A DNA stretch of 64,000 nucleotides from Octopus sinensis (lineage: Eukaryota), in assembly GCF_006345805.1 (NCBI RefSeq), contig NC_043001.1, positions 17,794,001 to 17,858,000 of the forward strand. Reading direction: 5' to 3'. The notes beneath the pieces are model-generated. The model saw nothing but the letters and a program-made list of their open reading frames with translations, was not told the DNA's origin and searched no databases. This document shows, in pieces, positions 13,085-26,326 of the stretch (within the stretch, counting starts at the first letter, position 1; the number at the start of each line of letters is the position of its first letter). The translations under genes and the position numbers were made by a program.

Positions 13085-13497
13085 ACTTTTTACTCTTTTA
13101 CTTGTTTCAGTCATTTGACTGCGGCCATGCTGGAGCACTGCATTTTAGTCGAGCAAATCGACCCCAGGGCTTATTCTTTGTAAGCCTAGTACTTATTCTA
13201 TCAGTATCCTTTGTCGAACCGCTAAGTTAAGGGGGCGTAAACACACCAGCATCGGTTGTCAAGCAATGCTTGGGGGACAAACACAGACACACAAACATGT
13301 ACACACACATACATATACATATAAACATATATACGACGGGTTTCTTTCAGTTTCCATCTACCAAATGCACTCACAAGGCTTCGGTCGGCCCGATTCTATA
13401 GTAGAAGACACTTGCCCAAGGTGCCACGCAGTGGGACTGAACCCGGAACCATGTGGTTGGTAAGTAAGCTACTTACCACACAGCCACTCCTGCGCCT
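13085..13497 (-). mobile_element. SINE family A
   Basis: Full-length match. Confidence 0.9.
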
Positions 13498-13539
13498 ATT
13501 GAAACAAAATACTATATTGGTTTCAAATTTTAAAGGCCA

Positions 13540-13870
13540 GCAATTTTGAGGGAGTGGTTAAGTCGATTACATCGGTCCCAATGCTCGACTGGTACTTATT
13601 TTATCGACCCCGAAAGGATGAAAGGCAAAGTCAACCTCAGCGGAATTTGAACTCAGAACGTAGCGGCAGACGAAATGCTTATTTCTTTACTACCCACAAG
13701 GGGCTAAACACAGAGAGGACAAACAAGGACAGACAAACGGATTAAGTCGATTATATCTACCCCAGTGCGTAACTGGTACTTATTTAATCGACCCCGAAAG
13801 TATGAAAGGCAATGTCAACCTCAGTGGAATTTGAACTCAGAACTTAGCGGTGGGCGAAATACCACTAAGC
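13540..13870 (-). mobile_element. SINE family B dimer
   Basis: Two core motifs joined at atttctttac. Confidence 0.75.
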
Positions 13871-14241
13871 GTTTTATTCGACGTGCTAACAATTCTTCTA
13901 GTTCTTTATTGACAATGAATGTCAGAGGAGACAGAAAAAAGATATTAACCTTCGTCTGTTGAGTCTGGTTGGCAAATGTAAAAATTCAAATAATGCGCAG
14001 AGTTTGCCATCAAACTGTTGTACCGGTATTCTATCCATGGTGATACATAATCATATCTGACAGAGTTTTTGGTTCAAGAGTTCGCAGCAGATTAACGACT
14101 ATCATCGTTTTCAAATGTTTTTTCCTCTTGAGACGTAAAAATGAATCAACCAATCGAAAAGTTACACGTAATTATTCCTGTTAGAATATAGCATTTCCTT
14201 TAAATTTATCCTTTAGCTACATAATGCGCGCGCATGTGTGT

Positions 14242-14319
<78 letters not shown>

Positions 14320-14906
14320 CCTGGTGTAATAACAATTTGGCAGGGTCTCAGCTATTTGTGAATTAGCATATCAGGGCTTGCCTTCCTATGCATGTGGGAA
14401 CTGGGTCCGTTAGACTCTGCGAAAGAAACCGTCATGGTTTAACAGAGATGGAGGTGGCTACAGCAATGCACTGTGGAATGTGGAGAGCATGATAGGTAAG
14501 TAGGACATCTTGGTCATCCGCGGCATCTATTTCCATTCACTGTCGTCTTGACCTGGTCTTACCACTGTATTGAAGACGATCATGATAGAAAGAAGGCGTA
14601 AGCCATCGCGAAAGTCATCAGTCATCCGCGGATGACTCGTCGCTCGACAGACCAATACAATCAGCGTGTGTATACATGCAGGTATGCATGTATGTATGCA
14701 GATATTTATATCGATGTTTTAGTCGTTGAACGGCAGCCATGCTGGCACACAGGCATGCATACACGCGCTCAAGGCGCGTGTCTCACAAAGAGTTCAACCT
14801 TTGTCTTTCCAATGAATCCACGACAGCACCCGCTTTTTATGACTTCCTATACACACAAGTGTAAACATAGATTACACAGGCGCACGCGCAGACACACACA
14901 TACACG

Positions 14907-14943
<37 letters not shown>

Positions 14944-15000
14944 ACACACACCACAAACACACGTAGATACACATTCATATATATCTATAAATATTACGTG

Positions 15001-15232
15001 AAAGCGGCGAGTTGGCAGAAACGTTAGCACGCCGGGCGAAATGCGTAGACGTACTTCGTCTGCCGTCACGTTGTGAGTTCAAATTCTGCCGAGGTCGACT
15101 TTGCCTTTCATCCTTTCGGGGTCGATAAATTAAGTACCAGTTACGCACCGGGGTCGATGTAATCGACTTAATTCGTTTGTCTGTCCTTATTTGTCCCCTC
15201 TGTGCTTAGCCCCTTGTGAGTAATAAAGAAAT
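15001..15232 (+). mobile_element. SINE family B monomer
   Basis: Complete head, core and aaagaaata tail. Confidence 0.85.
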
Positions 15233-15557
15233 AAATATTACATAACTCCCGGATTTTCAGAAGAACGATTATGTTAAACTCTACTCGACATTTTATCTTC
15301 TTCCTTGTCAAATACGCGGTGGAGAACTACTGAGTATTATTTAATTCTTTGAATCTCTATTCCTGTTGTGTTTGTGTGTGTGTATGTGTTTATGGTGTGT
15401 GCAAGTATGTACACACACACACACACACACACACATACATATATATATATAGATGTATTCATGTACATATATATATATATATAGTCACAATGAGAAGATT
15501 TAAACCTTTTATAGGGATATTTTATCCAAAACACACAGGTTTAATATATATTTTGAA

Positions 15558-16027
15558 GAGGCAGGAGTGGCTGTGATAGGCGCAGGAGTGGCTGTGATAG
15601 GCGCTGGAGTGGCTGGGTGGTAAGTAGCCTGTTTACCAACCACATGGTTCCGGGTTCAGTCCCCCTGCATGGCACCTTGGGCTAGTGTATTCTACTGTAG
15701 CCTCGGGCTGACCAAAGCCTTGTGAGTGGATTTGGTAGATGGAAACTGAAAGAAGCCCGTCGTATATATGTATATATATGTGTATGTGTGTGTATATGTT
15801 TGTGTGTCTGTGTTTGTCCCCCCCACACACACACACAACATCGCTTGACAACCAATGCTGGTGTGTTTATGTCCCCGTAACTGAGCGGTTCAGCAAAGAG
15901 ACCGATAGAATAAGTATTGGCTTACAAAGAATAAGTCCTGGGGGTCGATTTGCTCGACTAAAGGCGGTACTCCAGCATGGCCGCAGTCAAATGACTGAAA
16001 CAAGTAAAACAGTAAAAGAGTAAAGAG
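15558..16027 (+). mobile_element. SINE family A with triplicated 5' end
   Basis: ggcgcaggagtggctgtgata-like 21-mer three times, then a full body. Confidence 0.85.
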
Positions 16028-16055
16028 TATAAGATATCGCAAAATATCAAACATT

Positions 16056-16447
16056 ATTATCGAGTTAGAAAACAGATCTAATGGATATAAATTTATTTAT
16101 TAATTAATAAACATATTCACCAACAATTGTTTCATTTCACAAACAAAATTAAAATTACAAAACATACATAAATATATAATTTTGCATTTTAAATACCTTG
16201 TATGGAAAATCATAGACATTTGTATATATTCTGGGTATTCCAAACGTATCTTAATGTAATCATTGTATTGTCCTTTGTACACCTTGATGATTTTCCATAC
16301 AAGTTATTTAAAATGCAAAATCCTGTATTTATGTAGGTTCTGTAATTTTAATTTTGTTTGTGAAATAAAACAATTGTAGGTGAATATGTTAATAAATTAA
16401 TAAATTAATTTGTATCCATTAGACCCTCTGTTTCTTAACTCGATAAT
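16056..16447. mobile_element. MITE-like hairpin element, ~160-bp imperfect TIRs and 73-bp spacer
   Basis: 16056-16213 is the reverse complement of 16287-16447. Confidence 0.7.
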
Positions 16448-16536
16448 TATATTTATATATAAATATATTCACACACACATATGTGTGTGTATGTGTTTGT
16501 GTGTGCGTGCGTAGGCGCGTGTGTGCGTGCGTGCGT

Positions 16537-16790
16537 AGGCGCGTGGCTTAGTGGTTAGGGTGTCAGCATCACGATCATAAGATTGTGGTTTCGATTCCTG
16601 GACCGGGTCATGCGTTGTGTTCTTGAGCAAAACACTTCATTTCACGTTGCTCCAGTCCACTCAGCTGGCAAAAATGAGTAACGGTGCGATAGACTGGCGT
16701 CCTGTCCAGCTGGGGAACACATCCGCCATAGAAACCGGGAAACCGGGCCCATGAGCCTGGCTAGGTTTTAAAAAAGGGCGCATTTATTAT
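16537..16790 (+). mobile_element. tRNA-derived SINE family D (CORE-like domain)
   Basis: Head aggcgcgtggcttagtggttaggg...ggtttcgattcc; core gcgttgtgttcttgagcaaaacactt; copies at 27127 and 35497. Confidence 0.75.
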
Positions 16791-17419
16791 TATCATTATT
16801 ATTATTATTATTTATATATATATTATATATTATATATAATTATATATATATATATATATAATATATATATCTGTATGTATGTACCTGTTGATTCACCAGA
16901 ACCGATATATTACAGGACTAATACAAATGTAGAGTATTCATAAATACATTATAGTTAAAAGGCTCCGATTTCCAGTACTCAGTGGGTATTCAAAAGAAGA
17001 CCAGGCTCGGATTAGCGGCTGATGATTGGAAACAAGCAACTCTGAGTACTGGAAATCGGACCCTTCCTGTTATTATACACATGTAGGTATGGCTGTGTGG
17101 GAAGAAGCTTGATTTCCAACCGCTTCGTTCCGGGTTCAGTCCCACTACTTGGCACCTTGAGCCGACCAAAGCCTTCTGAGTGGATTTAGTAAACATACTT
17201 ATGCTTGTGTGTCTGTGTTTGTCGCGCGCCCAACATTGCTTGACAACCAATGTTGGTGTGCTCATGTCACCGTAACTTAGCGGTTCGGCAAAAGAGACCG
17301 ATAGAATAAGTACTAGGCTTACAAACTATGAGTCCTGGAGTCGATTTGTTCGAGTAAAAAGCATGTTCCAGCATGGCCACAGTCAAATGACTGAAACAAA
17401 TAGACATATATATATATAT

Positions 17420-17489
<70 letters not shown>

Positions 17490-17569
17490 CATATATATAT
17501 ATGCAGACGCCATGATAGATCGTTAGCCACTACACACATTTTTTTTCTCTCCTTGTTTTTTCTGTGTCC

Positions 17570-17605
17570 CTTTCTGTAGAAGAGCGTAGGCTCGAAACGT
17601 AAAAG
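17570..17605 (+). ncRNA. Minimal type I hammerhead-like motif (Penelope-type), A6U variant
   Basis: cttt-CTGTAGA-A-GAGC-gtag-GCTC-GAAA-CG-TA-aaag; stems I and II pair. Confidence 0.55.
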
Positions 17606-17748
17606 ACTTTTTCTATTCCTGAGCGTTATACTAATACATCTGTTTGCTTTGTACACCACCTGTCTTCGTCTTTTGTTTTTTTCGCAAACTCTCCCTATAT
17701 ATATACGCATATATATATTATATTATCTATCTAACTATCTAACTATAT

Positions 17749-17794
<46 letters not shown>

Positions 17795-18085
17795 TATATA
17801 TATATATATATATACACACACATATATATATATATACATACACATGTATGTGTGTGATTGCGGGGGGTGTATTCGCACAAGCAAAATTGCTGACAGAAAA
17901 ACCATTAGGTGCCAGTGGCAGGCCAGCAAACAGGCAGAGAGGAAAATGAAGGCATTCAAACATACAATCACTCATATGATGTTATATATAAGCAATAATA
18001 CTTACATAAAGAGTCAGACAGAGAGATCTGTAGGAGTGTATGTAGGTATGTACGAATATATGTGAAGAGATGCGTAAATCTGGCG

Positions 18086-18144
<59 letters not shown>

Positions 18145-18207
18145 GGGGGAGAGAGAGAGAGAGAGGTACGTAGGTAAACAAATATCTTGTCCAACAAATA
18201 GACAGAC

Positions 18208-18240
<33 letters not shown>

Positions 18241-18429
18241 TATATTATATATATATATATATGTTGGAGTGTGTGTAGATATGTACGAAGATAAACAAAT
18301 ATGGAGGTAGACTTGTTAGAGGAATAAATAAACAGACGGACAGACGGACGGACGGACAAGCAGACAGACAGACAGACTGACAGACATATAGCTTGATAGA
18401 TAGATACACAGACAGAAAGACAGACAGAC

Positions 18430-18492
<63 letters not shown>

Positions 18493-19344
18493 CAAACAGG
18501 CTGACAGACAGACTGACAGTCAGACAGATACGTTTTGACCCTGTTTTTCCACATCACTAAATGCAATATCTTGTATATTTTCGCGCAAAACCACTTAAAT
18601 CGATTTGAATCAATAAATGTTCACTTGAATGATTTACATCTTCCTGAGTAGACACTAATAATACAAGATATCATTATTGATTTCACACCTAGACACAAGG
18701 CATCAGACTTATTGTGGATAGATAAATGAGGTTCTGTGATGCTCATCCCATTCTCGAGTGTTTTAGTGACGCTAGCAGTTTTCCATTACTAGCCTCAGAT
18801 AAGCGCATTCATATCGCCGGTTCCGATCACTTAAGCCTTTCACGTCATCGCAAGGAGCTCACCACGAAGTCTCACGGTGTTAAGGCTTTCACGAACAATG
18901 GGAGTCACGAAAACGGCTCGAAGCAGCTTCAACAGAAAGCTGGACCTTACAAGCTTACAATTACATAACCCCGGGTTCAGTTCCACTGTGTGGCACCTTG
19001 AGTAAGCACCTTCAACTACCAAAGTATCTGAGTGGATTTGGTAGACGGAAGCCGAAAGACCCGTCGTATACATATCTATCAATCTGTCTGTATGTATGTC
19101 TGTCTCTATGTCTGTCTATCTATCTATCTATATTTCTATCTATCTACCTATCAATATGTCTGTCTGTCAGTCTGTCTGTCTATCTGCCTGTCCGTCCGTC
19201 CGTCCGTCCGCGCGTGAGTGTATGTATCTGTGTTTGTCCACCACAACCGCTTGACAACGGCTGCTGGTTTGTTTACGTCCTCGTGACTTAGAGATTCAGC
19301 AAAAGACACCGATAGACTAAGTACAAAGTTTTTAAAACAAATTA

Positions 19345-20582
19345 TTGGGTTGTCTGGAAAGTTCGTGCCGATTTTTAAAGGAAAGAAAAAGGTCAATAAA
19401 TACTTGCCATTACATTTTTAATCAACCAAATATGAACCATTTTGTTGCACGATGCGTCTCCATCTTTCCTTTAATTTGAAAATACCCTCTTCCCAGAATT
19501 CATGGCAAGGAATTCATCAACGTATCTTTTTACGTCATCCAAGGAATTGAAATTTTTACCATTAAGACTATTCTGCAGAGACCTGAATAAGTGGAAATCC
19601 GAAGGAGCAATATCTGGTGAATATAGAGTGTGAAGTAACACATCCCAGCCGAGCTGCAACAACTTTTGTCAGGTTCCCGAAGAAACATGCGGTCCTGCAT
19701 TATCATGTTGGAAAACAACACCCTTCCTGTTGGCCAATTCTGGACGTTTCTATTGAATTGCGGCTTTTAACTCGTCCAGTTGTGTGCAGTATTTCTCAGA
19801 ATTATTTGTCTGGTTACTTGGGAGAAGCTCATAGTACAGGATTCCTTTCCAATCCTACCAGACACAAAGCAAGACTTTTTTTTAGAGTGAAGACCCACTT
19901 TTGGTAGCTCATGTCGCTTACTCTAGGATCGCTTTCTCTGAACATTTCTCATCACCTGTCACAATTTGCTTTAAAACAGGTGCGTTTTCATTCCGTTTAT
20001 AAAGCGAATCACAGATGGAAATGCGATCTAAAAGGTTCTTCTCACTCAACTCATGTGGTACCCAAACATCGTAGCAATTTGTGTACCCAAGCTTTACCAG
20101 GTGCTCATGAACGATGGATTTTGATAGGTTGAGGCTTTCTGCCAAATCTTTGGTTGTGCAATGTGGGTTATTCTCAATTAATGACTTGATTTGGTCATCA
20201 TCTGTAGTGGATGGTCTGCCTGATCGCTCTTTATCAATAAGGCTACAATCCCCAGCTCGGAACCTTGCGAACCACTTTTGTATAGTTCTTTCGGATAAAG
20301 AAACATCACCGTAAACTGCGCATATTTCTTTGGTTGCTTGTGAGGCATTTTTCCCTTTACGGAAAAAGAAAAGCATCAAGTGCCAGAAATGAACTTTCTT
20401 ATCTTCCATTTTAAAGGGTTACAGAATTAACACATGTTATAGGAACATAAACTTTCTTCCACGAAAAGATAGCTTAAACTGTGCTCTAATTGGTGGTGTA
20501 GTCAAATTCTATTACATGAACTCAACCATTAAGTCGATAAGTAAGCTACTATAAATCGGTACGAACTTTCCGGAAAACCCAA
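19345..20582 (-). mobile_element. Mariner transposon (mellifera-subfamily-like), complete ends, disrupted transposase
   Basis: 30-bp TIRs TTGGGTTGTCTGGAAAGTTCGTGCCGATTT / TTGGGTTTTCCGGAAAGTTCGTACCGATTT, TA target duplication, 1238 bp. Confidence 0.95.
19440..20409 (-). pseudogene. Mariner transposase pseudogene
   Basis: HTH region, WVPHEL, IVTGDEK and YSPDIAPSDFHLF motifs spread over several frames (ORFs 19918-20409 and 19471-19662). Confidence 0.9.
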
Positions 20583-21069
20583 TAAATACTGGGGTCGATT
20601 AGTTCGACTAAAAGTTCCTCAAGGCGGTGCCCCAGCATGACCGCGGTTTAATGATTGGAACAAATGAATGAGTGAAACAATGGTAAGACTAAGGAGATTG
20701 TTTGGCAATCTGGAGAAGGTATGAGAGCCTTTACTAGCTGAGATTCTTTCAGGAAAATTTCTTTCCTGTTACAAAAAAATAATGCCACGTTGATTAGCAA
20801 CACATCAAATGTGTTTTAGATCGACAATCTGTGAGTGAGGAAGTTAAAAGAGGGACACTCTATTGGTTGCGACGACGAGGGTCCCAGCTGATACGATCAA
20901 CGGAACAGCCTGCTCGTGAAATTAACGTGCAAGTAGCTGAGCACTCTCATTTATGAGAGCAGTCGTGTTATTTCAGATATTCTGATTTTAAAAATCCTCT
21001 CCTTCTAATCGTTGCGAGGATGTTGGTGTTGCCTTGGCAGAGATTTGCGCTCTCTGAGTGATCTTGTTA

Positions 21070-21115
<46 letters not shown>

Positions 21116-21299
21116 CATCATCATCATCATTAATATGAGATCACGATTTTGTTCCTAAAATAAACTTTTAAAAACTTTAATTTCTTCCCCGCACCCAATG
21201 CTTTTGTTTTCTGCTTTCTCTTTTTCAGTGATTTAGCTGTTATTTCTAGCATGTAGATCGACCACAATGAGGAGGAGGGGAGGGGGAGGAGGCGGCGGC

Positions 21300-22070
21300 C
21301 TGAAATTTGTAGGGAGGTAGCTTATTCTATCGACCTCGAGAGGATGAAAAACAATGTCGATTTCAGTGGCATTTGAACTCAGAACGCACGGAGCTAGAAG
21401 TGCTGCTAAGCATTCTTTTCGGCGTGCTAACAGTTCTTATTTCTTTATTGCCCACAAGGAGCTAAACATAGAGGGGACAAACAGGGACAGACAAACGGAT
21501 TAAGTTGACTCCATCGACCCCAGTGCGTAACTGGTACTTATTTAATCGACCACGAAAGGATGTAAGGCAAAGTCGACCTCGGCGGAATTTGAACTCAGAA
21601 TGTAACGGTAGACGAAATACCTATTTCTTTACTACCCACAAGAGGCTAAACATAGAGGGGACAAACAATGACAGACAAACGTATTAAGTCGATTACATCG
21701 ACCCCAGTGCATAACTGGTACTTAATTTATCGACCTCGAAAGGATGAAAGGCAAAGTCGACCTCGGCGGAATTTGAACTCAGAACGTAACGGCAGACGAA
21801 ATACGGCTACGCATTTCGCCCGGCGTGCTAACGTTTCTTATTTCTTTACTACCCACAAGGGTCTAAACACAGAGGGGACAAACATGGACAGACACACGGA
21901 TTAAGTCGATTACATCGACCCCAGTGCGTAACTGGTACTTAATTTATCGACCTCGAAAGGATGAAAGGCAAAGTCGACCTCGGCGGAATTTGAACTCAGA
22001 ACGTAACGGCAGACGAAATACGGCTACGCATTTCGCCCGGTGTGCTAACGTTTCTGCCAGCTCGCCGCCT
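21300..22070 (-). mobile_element. Four head-to-tail SINE family B copies
   Basis: Core gaaaggatgaaaggcaaagtcgacc repeated at about 190-230 bp spacing; full head at 22068. Confidence 0.85.
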
Positions 22071-22499
22071 TAACTTAGCAAATAATAACCACAGTTAATC
22101 CTCTCTTGTAACGAGTAGAAATATGCAAATCACGTTAACTCTTTTTTTGTTTTTCTTTACACCTCGTTGTTTGTATGACTACTATACCAGTATATGGTTA
22201 AAATAGCGACATGAAAGTTATAGGCGCCTACAAATTATTACAAAAGTGAGAAGCTAAAGTTGATTGGTTCACATTTATTCATGCAGCCTTCATTGAACAA
22301 AATAACAATTAGTAATGAAGCCACTCACCGTACAATGACCACAACAACAACGATAAATCCAACGTCGATAATAACATGAATGCACAAAGTACAAAAATAA
22401 TAACGCGGGTAGCAACAACAACAACAAGAACAATTTTAAAAACAGAGCTTTTATTATTGTTTTCCTTATTATCTTTATCATTATTACTACTATAATTAA

Positions 22500-22538
22500 T
22501 AAAGTAATAATAATAATAATAATATAATAATAATAATA

Positions 22539-22575
<37 letters not shown>

Positions 22576-22826
22576 TATTATTATCATTATTATTATTACT
22601 ATCATCATCATTATCATTATTATCATTATTATCATTATCATTATTATCATTATCATTATTATCATTATTATTATTACTATTATTATTACTATTATTATTA
22701 TCATCATTATTACTATTATTATTATTATTATTATTATCATTATTATTATATCATTATTATTATTATTATCATCATCATCATCATATTATTATTATTATCA
22801 TTATTGTTATTATTATTACTATCATC

Positions 22827-22871
<45 letters not shown>

Positions 22872-23139
22872 TATTATTATTATTATTATCATTATTATTA
22901 TTATTATCATCATCATCATCATCATTATTATTATTATTATCATTATTATTATTATCATCATTATCATTATTATCATTATTATTATTACTATTATTATTAC
23001 TATTATTATTATCATCATTATTACTATTATTATTATTATTATTATTATTATCATTATTATCATTATCATTATTATTATTATTATCATCATCATCATTATT
23101 ATTATTATTATCATTATTGTTATTATTATTACTATCATC

Positions 23140-23183
<44 letters not shown>

Positions 23184-23196
23184 CATCATTATCATT

Positions 23197-23288
<92 letters not shown>

Positions 23289-23295
23289 CATTTTA
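22500..23295. repeat. ~800-bp (ATT)n/(ATC)n compound microsatellite
   Basis: Direct reading. Confidence 0.95.
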
Positions 23296-23495
23296 ACTAA
23301 TATTACCTTGCCATTCTTCCTATTATTTTTACAGAATATTTTGAAATTTATTAATTTTTTTTAATGATTCTGACAAGATGATTAAGTTATAAAACCGTTG
23401 ACATGTTTTTTTCATTTAATTAGTTTTAGAAAATAGTAAATCTTCGTTAACACATACGGGCGTGCATGTTTATGGTGTGTATATACATCATATAT

Positions 23496-23533
<38 letters not shown>

Positions 23534-23610
23534 CGTGTATGTGTGTGTGCGCGTGCGCGTGTGTATATATGCGTATATGTATACGTATGTATGTATATGT
23601 ATGCACACGC

Positions 23611-23713
<103 letters not shown>

Positions 23714-23889
23714 CTTAAACACACACAGGCATTCACCGTGTTACGGGTAGTTCAGGTAGGAGTATTTGCGCTAACGTAAATTTGGATGAATTTTAGGAAT
23801 TTAAAACTACTCGTCTAAAACGCCGAAATAGAATCAAAACGCTGCTTCTCGACTTTTAGCTAAGAGCAAAGTATAGTTAATAATACGAT

Positions 23890-24668
23890 AAACGTCGCCC
23901 TTTTCAAGCCTAGCCAGGCTCATGGGCCTGGTTTCCCGGTTTCTGTGGCGTATGTGTTCCTCCCTGCTGGACGGGACGCCAGTCCATCGCAGCGTTACTC
24001 AAGAAACAGGAAGAGAGAGTGAGAGAAAGTTGAGGCGAAAGAGTACAACGGGGGTCGCCACCACCCCCTGCCGGAGCCTCGTGGAGCTTTTAGGTGTTTT
24101 CGCTAAATAAACACACACAACGCCCGGTCTGGGAATCGAAACCGCGATCCTCCGACCGTGACTCCGCTGCACTAACCACTGGGCAATTGCGCCTCCACAT
24201 AGCTAATAATATGAAAACTAAAATCATGATATACACATGTGGATGCGTGCATGTTCGCTCTGTATGTGTGTGTGCATGTGTGTGCGTGTGTGTTTTGTCG
24301 GGTTATAATAAGTATTCATTTACCTATCTCTATTTCTATATATGTGTATGTGTGTGTGTGCATTTTGTTTGTTTCTTCTCAAGCCATGCCTGGCTCATAA
24401 GGGCCGGTTTGCCGGTTTCCTTGGCGTATAGATTCCCCACCTGGACGGGACGCCAGTCCATCGCAGGTGAGCTGCAAGACGCAGGAGGAAAGAGTGAGAA
24501 AGTTGTGGCGAAAGAGTCAGCAGAAGTTCGCCATTACCTTCTGCCGGAGTCGCGTGGAGCTTAGGTGTTTCGCTCATAAACACACACATCGCCCGGTCTG
24601 AGATTCGAACCCGCGATCCCTCGACCGCGATTCTGCTACTCTAACCACTAGGCCATGTGCCTCCACAT
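23890..24668 (-). mobile_element. Two SINE family C copies (about 23890-24199 and 24365-24668)
   Basis: tRNA-like heads ending gcgcctccac and gtgcctccac. Confidence 0.8.
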
Positions 24669-24872
24669 GTATGTTTGTGTGTGTGTGTGTGTGTATGTGT
24701 GTGTGTGTGTGTTTATGCGTGTACGTATTAATAAATAAATTAATGAACGAAAAACAGGAATTACATAATCACCTTCATTATCTTACGGCTTTTACGATAA
24801 GACTCAGTGGACTCAGAGCTGAGTACTTGTGCAACATCGTTTAGTTTCCCCAGAGACATCAAAAAGCACTAC

Positions 24873-24932
<60 letters not shown>

Positions 24933-25499
24933 ATAGTAAATATGAGGATAATAAATTGAAATAATTTATTACCGGAGGTTAGCATGCATAATAAAAGTCA
25001 TAAGACATAGCATATTTTTAAATATAAGAGTTATACACGGAAAGGAGACCCATGACGAGACTCCTTACATGCTAAAAAGAGCAGTTAAAGCCCAAACCAC
25101 GAAAAGAAAATAAGAATTTCTAAAAGCATGCTGTTAATGACACTAGAGTGAACAAAAGATGAATTAGTTAATCCTGTACTCGAGTTTCACTATTAATAGA
25201 CAAATGAATTAATTTGGTATCCGTCGATCTTCGGCAGGATCGCTAATGAATGCATAATTATGTAGTTGTAATACGTACCGAAAACACGTGCGTAAGACAG
25301 CTAGATCTTTATCCATTATGGTTTCGAACTTACTGCACGAGCGTAAACAGCAGCAAATAAATAAATTTAAACTGTGTACCATATAGCTTCAGAATTATAG
25401 ATATTTTTATAGTAAATATGAGGGTAATAAATTAAAATCATTTATTACCAGTGGTTAGCATGCGTAATAAAAGTCATGAGACATATTTTTAAATAAAAG

Positions 25500-25793
25500 A
25501 GTGTATAAAGATTTATACACAGAGAGGAGACTCTTGATGGGATCTCCTTACATGCTAAAAAGGGCAGTTAAAGCCCAAAACATGAAAAAATTGATCTACA
25601 AATACCAAATTAATTTATTTGGCTATTAATAGTGAAACTCGAGTACAGGATTAACTAATTAATTCTTACTCTAGTGTCATTAACAGCGTGCCTTATGAAT
25701 TCTTTTTTTTTGTGTGTGATTTGCGCCTTAACTGCCCTTTTTAGCATGTAAGGAGTCAAGGGTTTCCTCTCTGTGTATAAATATTTATACACT
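25500..25793. mobile_element. MITE with ~80-bp TIRs
   Basis: agtgtataaagatttatacacagagagg...gcagttaa is mirrored by ttaactgc...cctctctgtgtataaatatttatacact; related pieces at 25030-25230 and 31929-31973. Confidence 0.7.
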
Positions 25794-26237
25794 GTTATAT
25801 GTGTGTGTGCGTGTGGATGTGTGGGTGAGCGTGTGTCACTTTAAAAATAATAGTCATTACATATTTCTCCTTTATTGGAGCAAATTTGGCTTACAGTTGT
25901 TTCCAATAATTATTATAGGTACATTACTGATAGGTTTATTCAATTGGTCTATTGATCAACTGACAAAAATTGAATGACCTAAGAAAATTAATACTACTTT
26001 CATCAGAGCCATTTCAGGTTATAGCAAGCAGAACACTGAAGGAGTGCCTATTGCATGGAGGAGGGGCGTAGAAGACGATGGAAAGATCCAAGTAGAATAG
26101 AGAACAGAGAAAGACAGCTTACAAAGGGGTGGAGAAGAGTCACTTAATAGATCAGGGGCTCGTATTGCCAAAATTTGGAAGAGAGACAGTCATAAAACAT
26201 TAGTGTATGTAGTCAGATGTATATATATGTGTGTGTG

Positions 26238-26320
<83 letters not shown>

Positions 26321-26326
26321 AGAGAG

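Larger units (their letters stand above)
18965..20650 (+). mobile_element. SINE family A split by the mariner insertion
   Basis: SINE sequence runs to ...aaaacaaatTA at 19344 and resumes TAaatactggggtcgat at 20583. Confidence 0.75.

Noticed and set aside
14344-14500. Possible exon bounded by cag and gtaagt
   Set aside because: Stops in all three plus-strand frames and no other exon support
22746-23364. Poly-Ile/Met ORFs
   Set aside because: Stop-free frames of an ATT/ATC microsatellite
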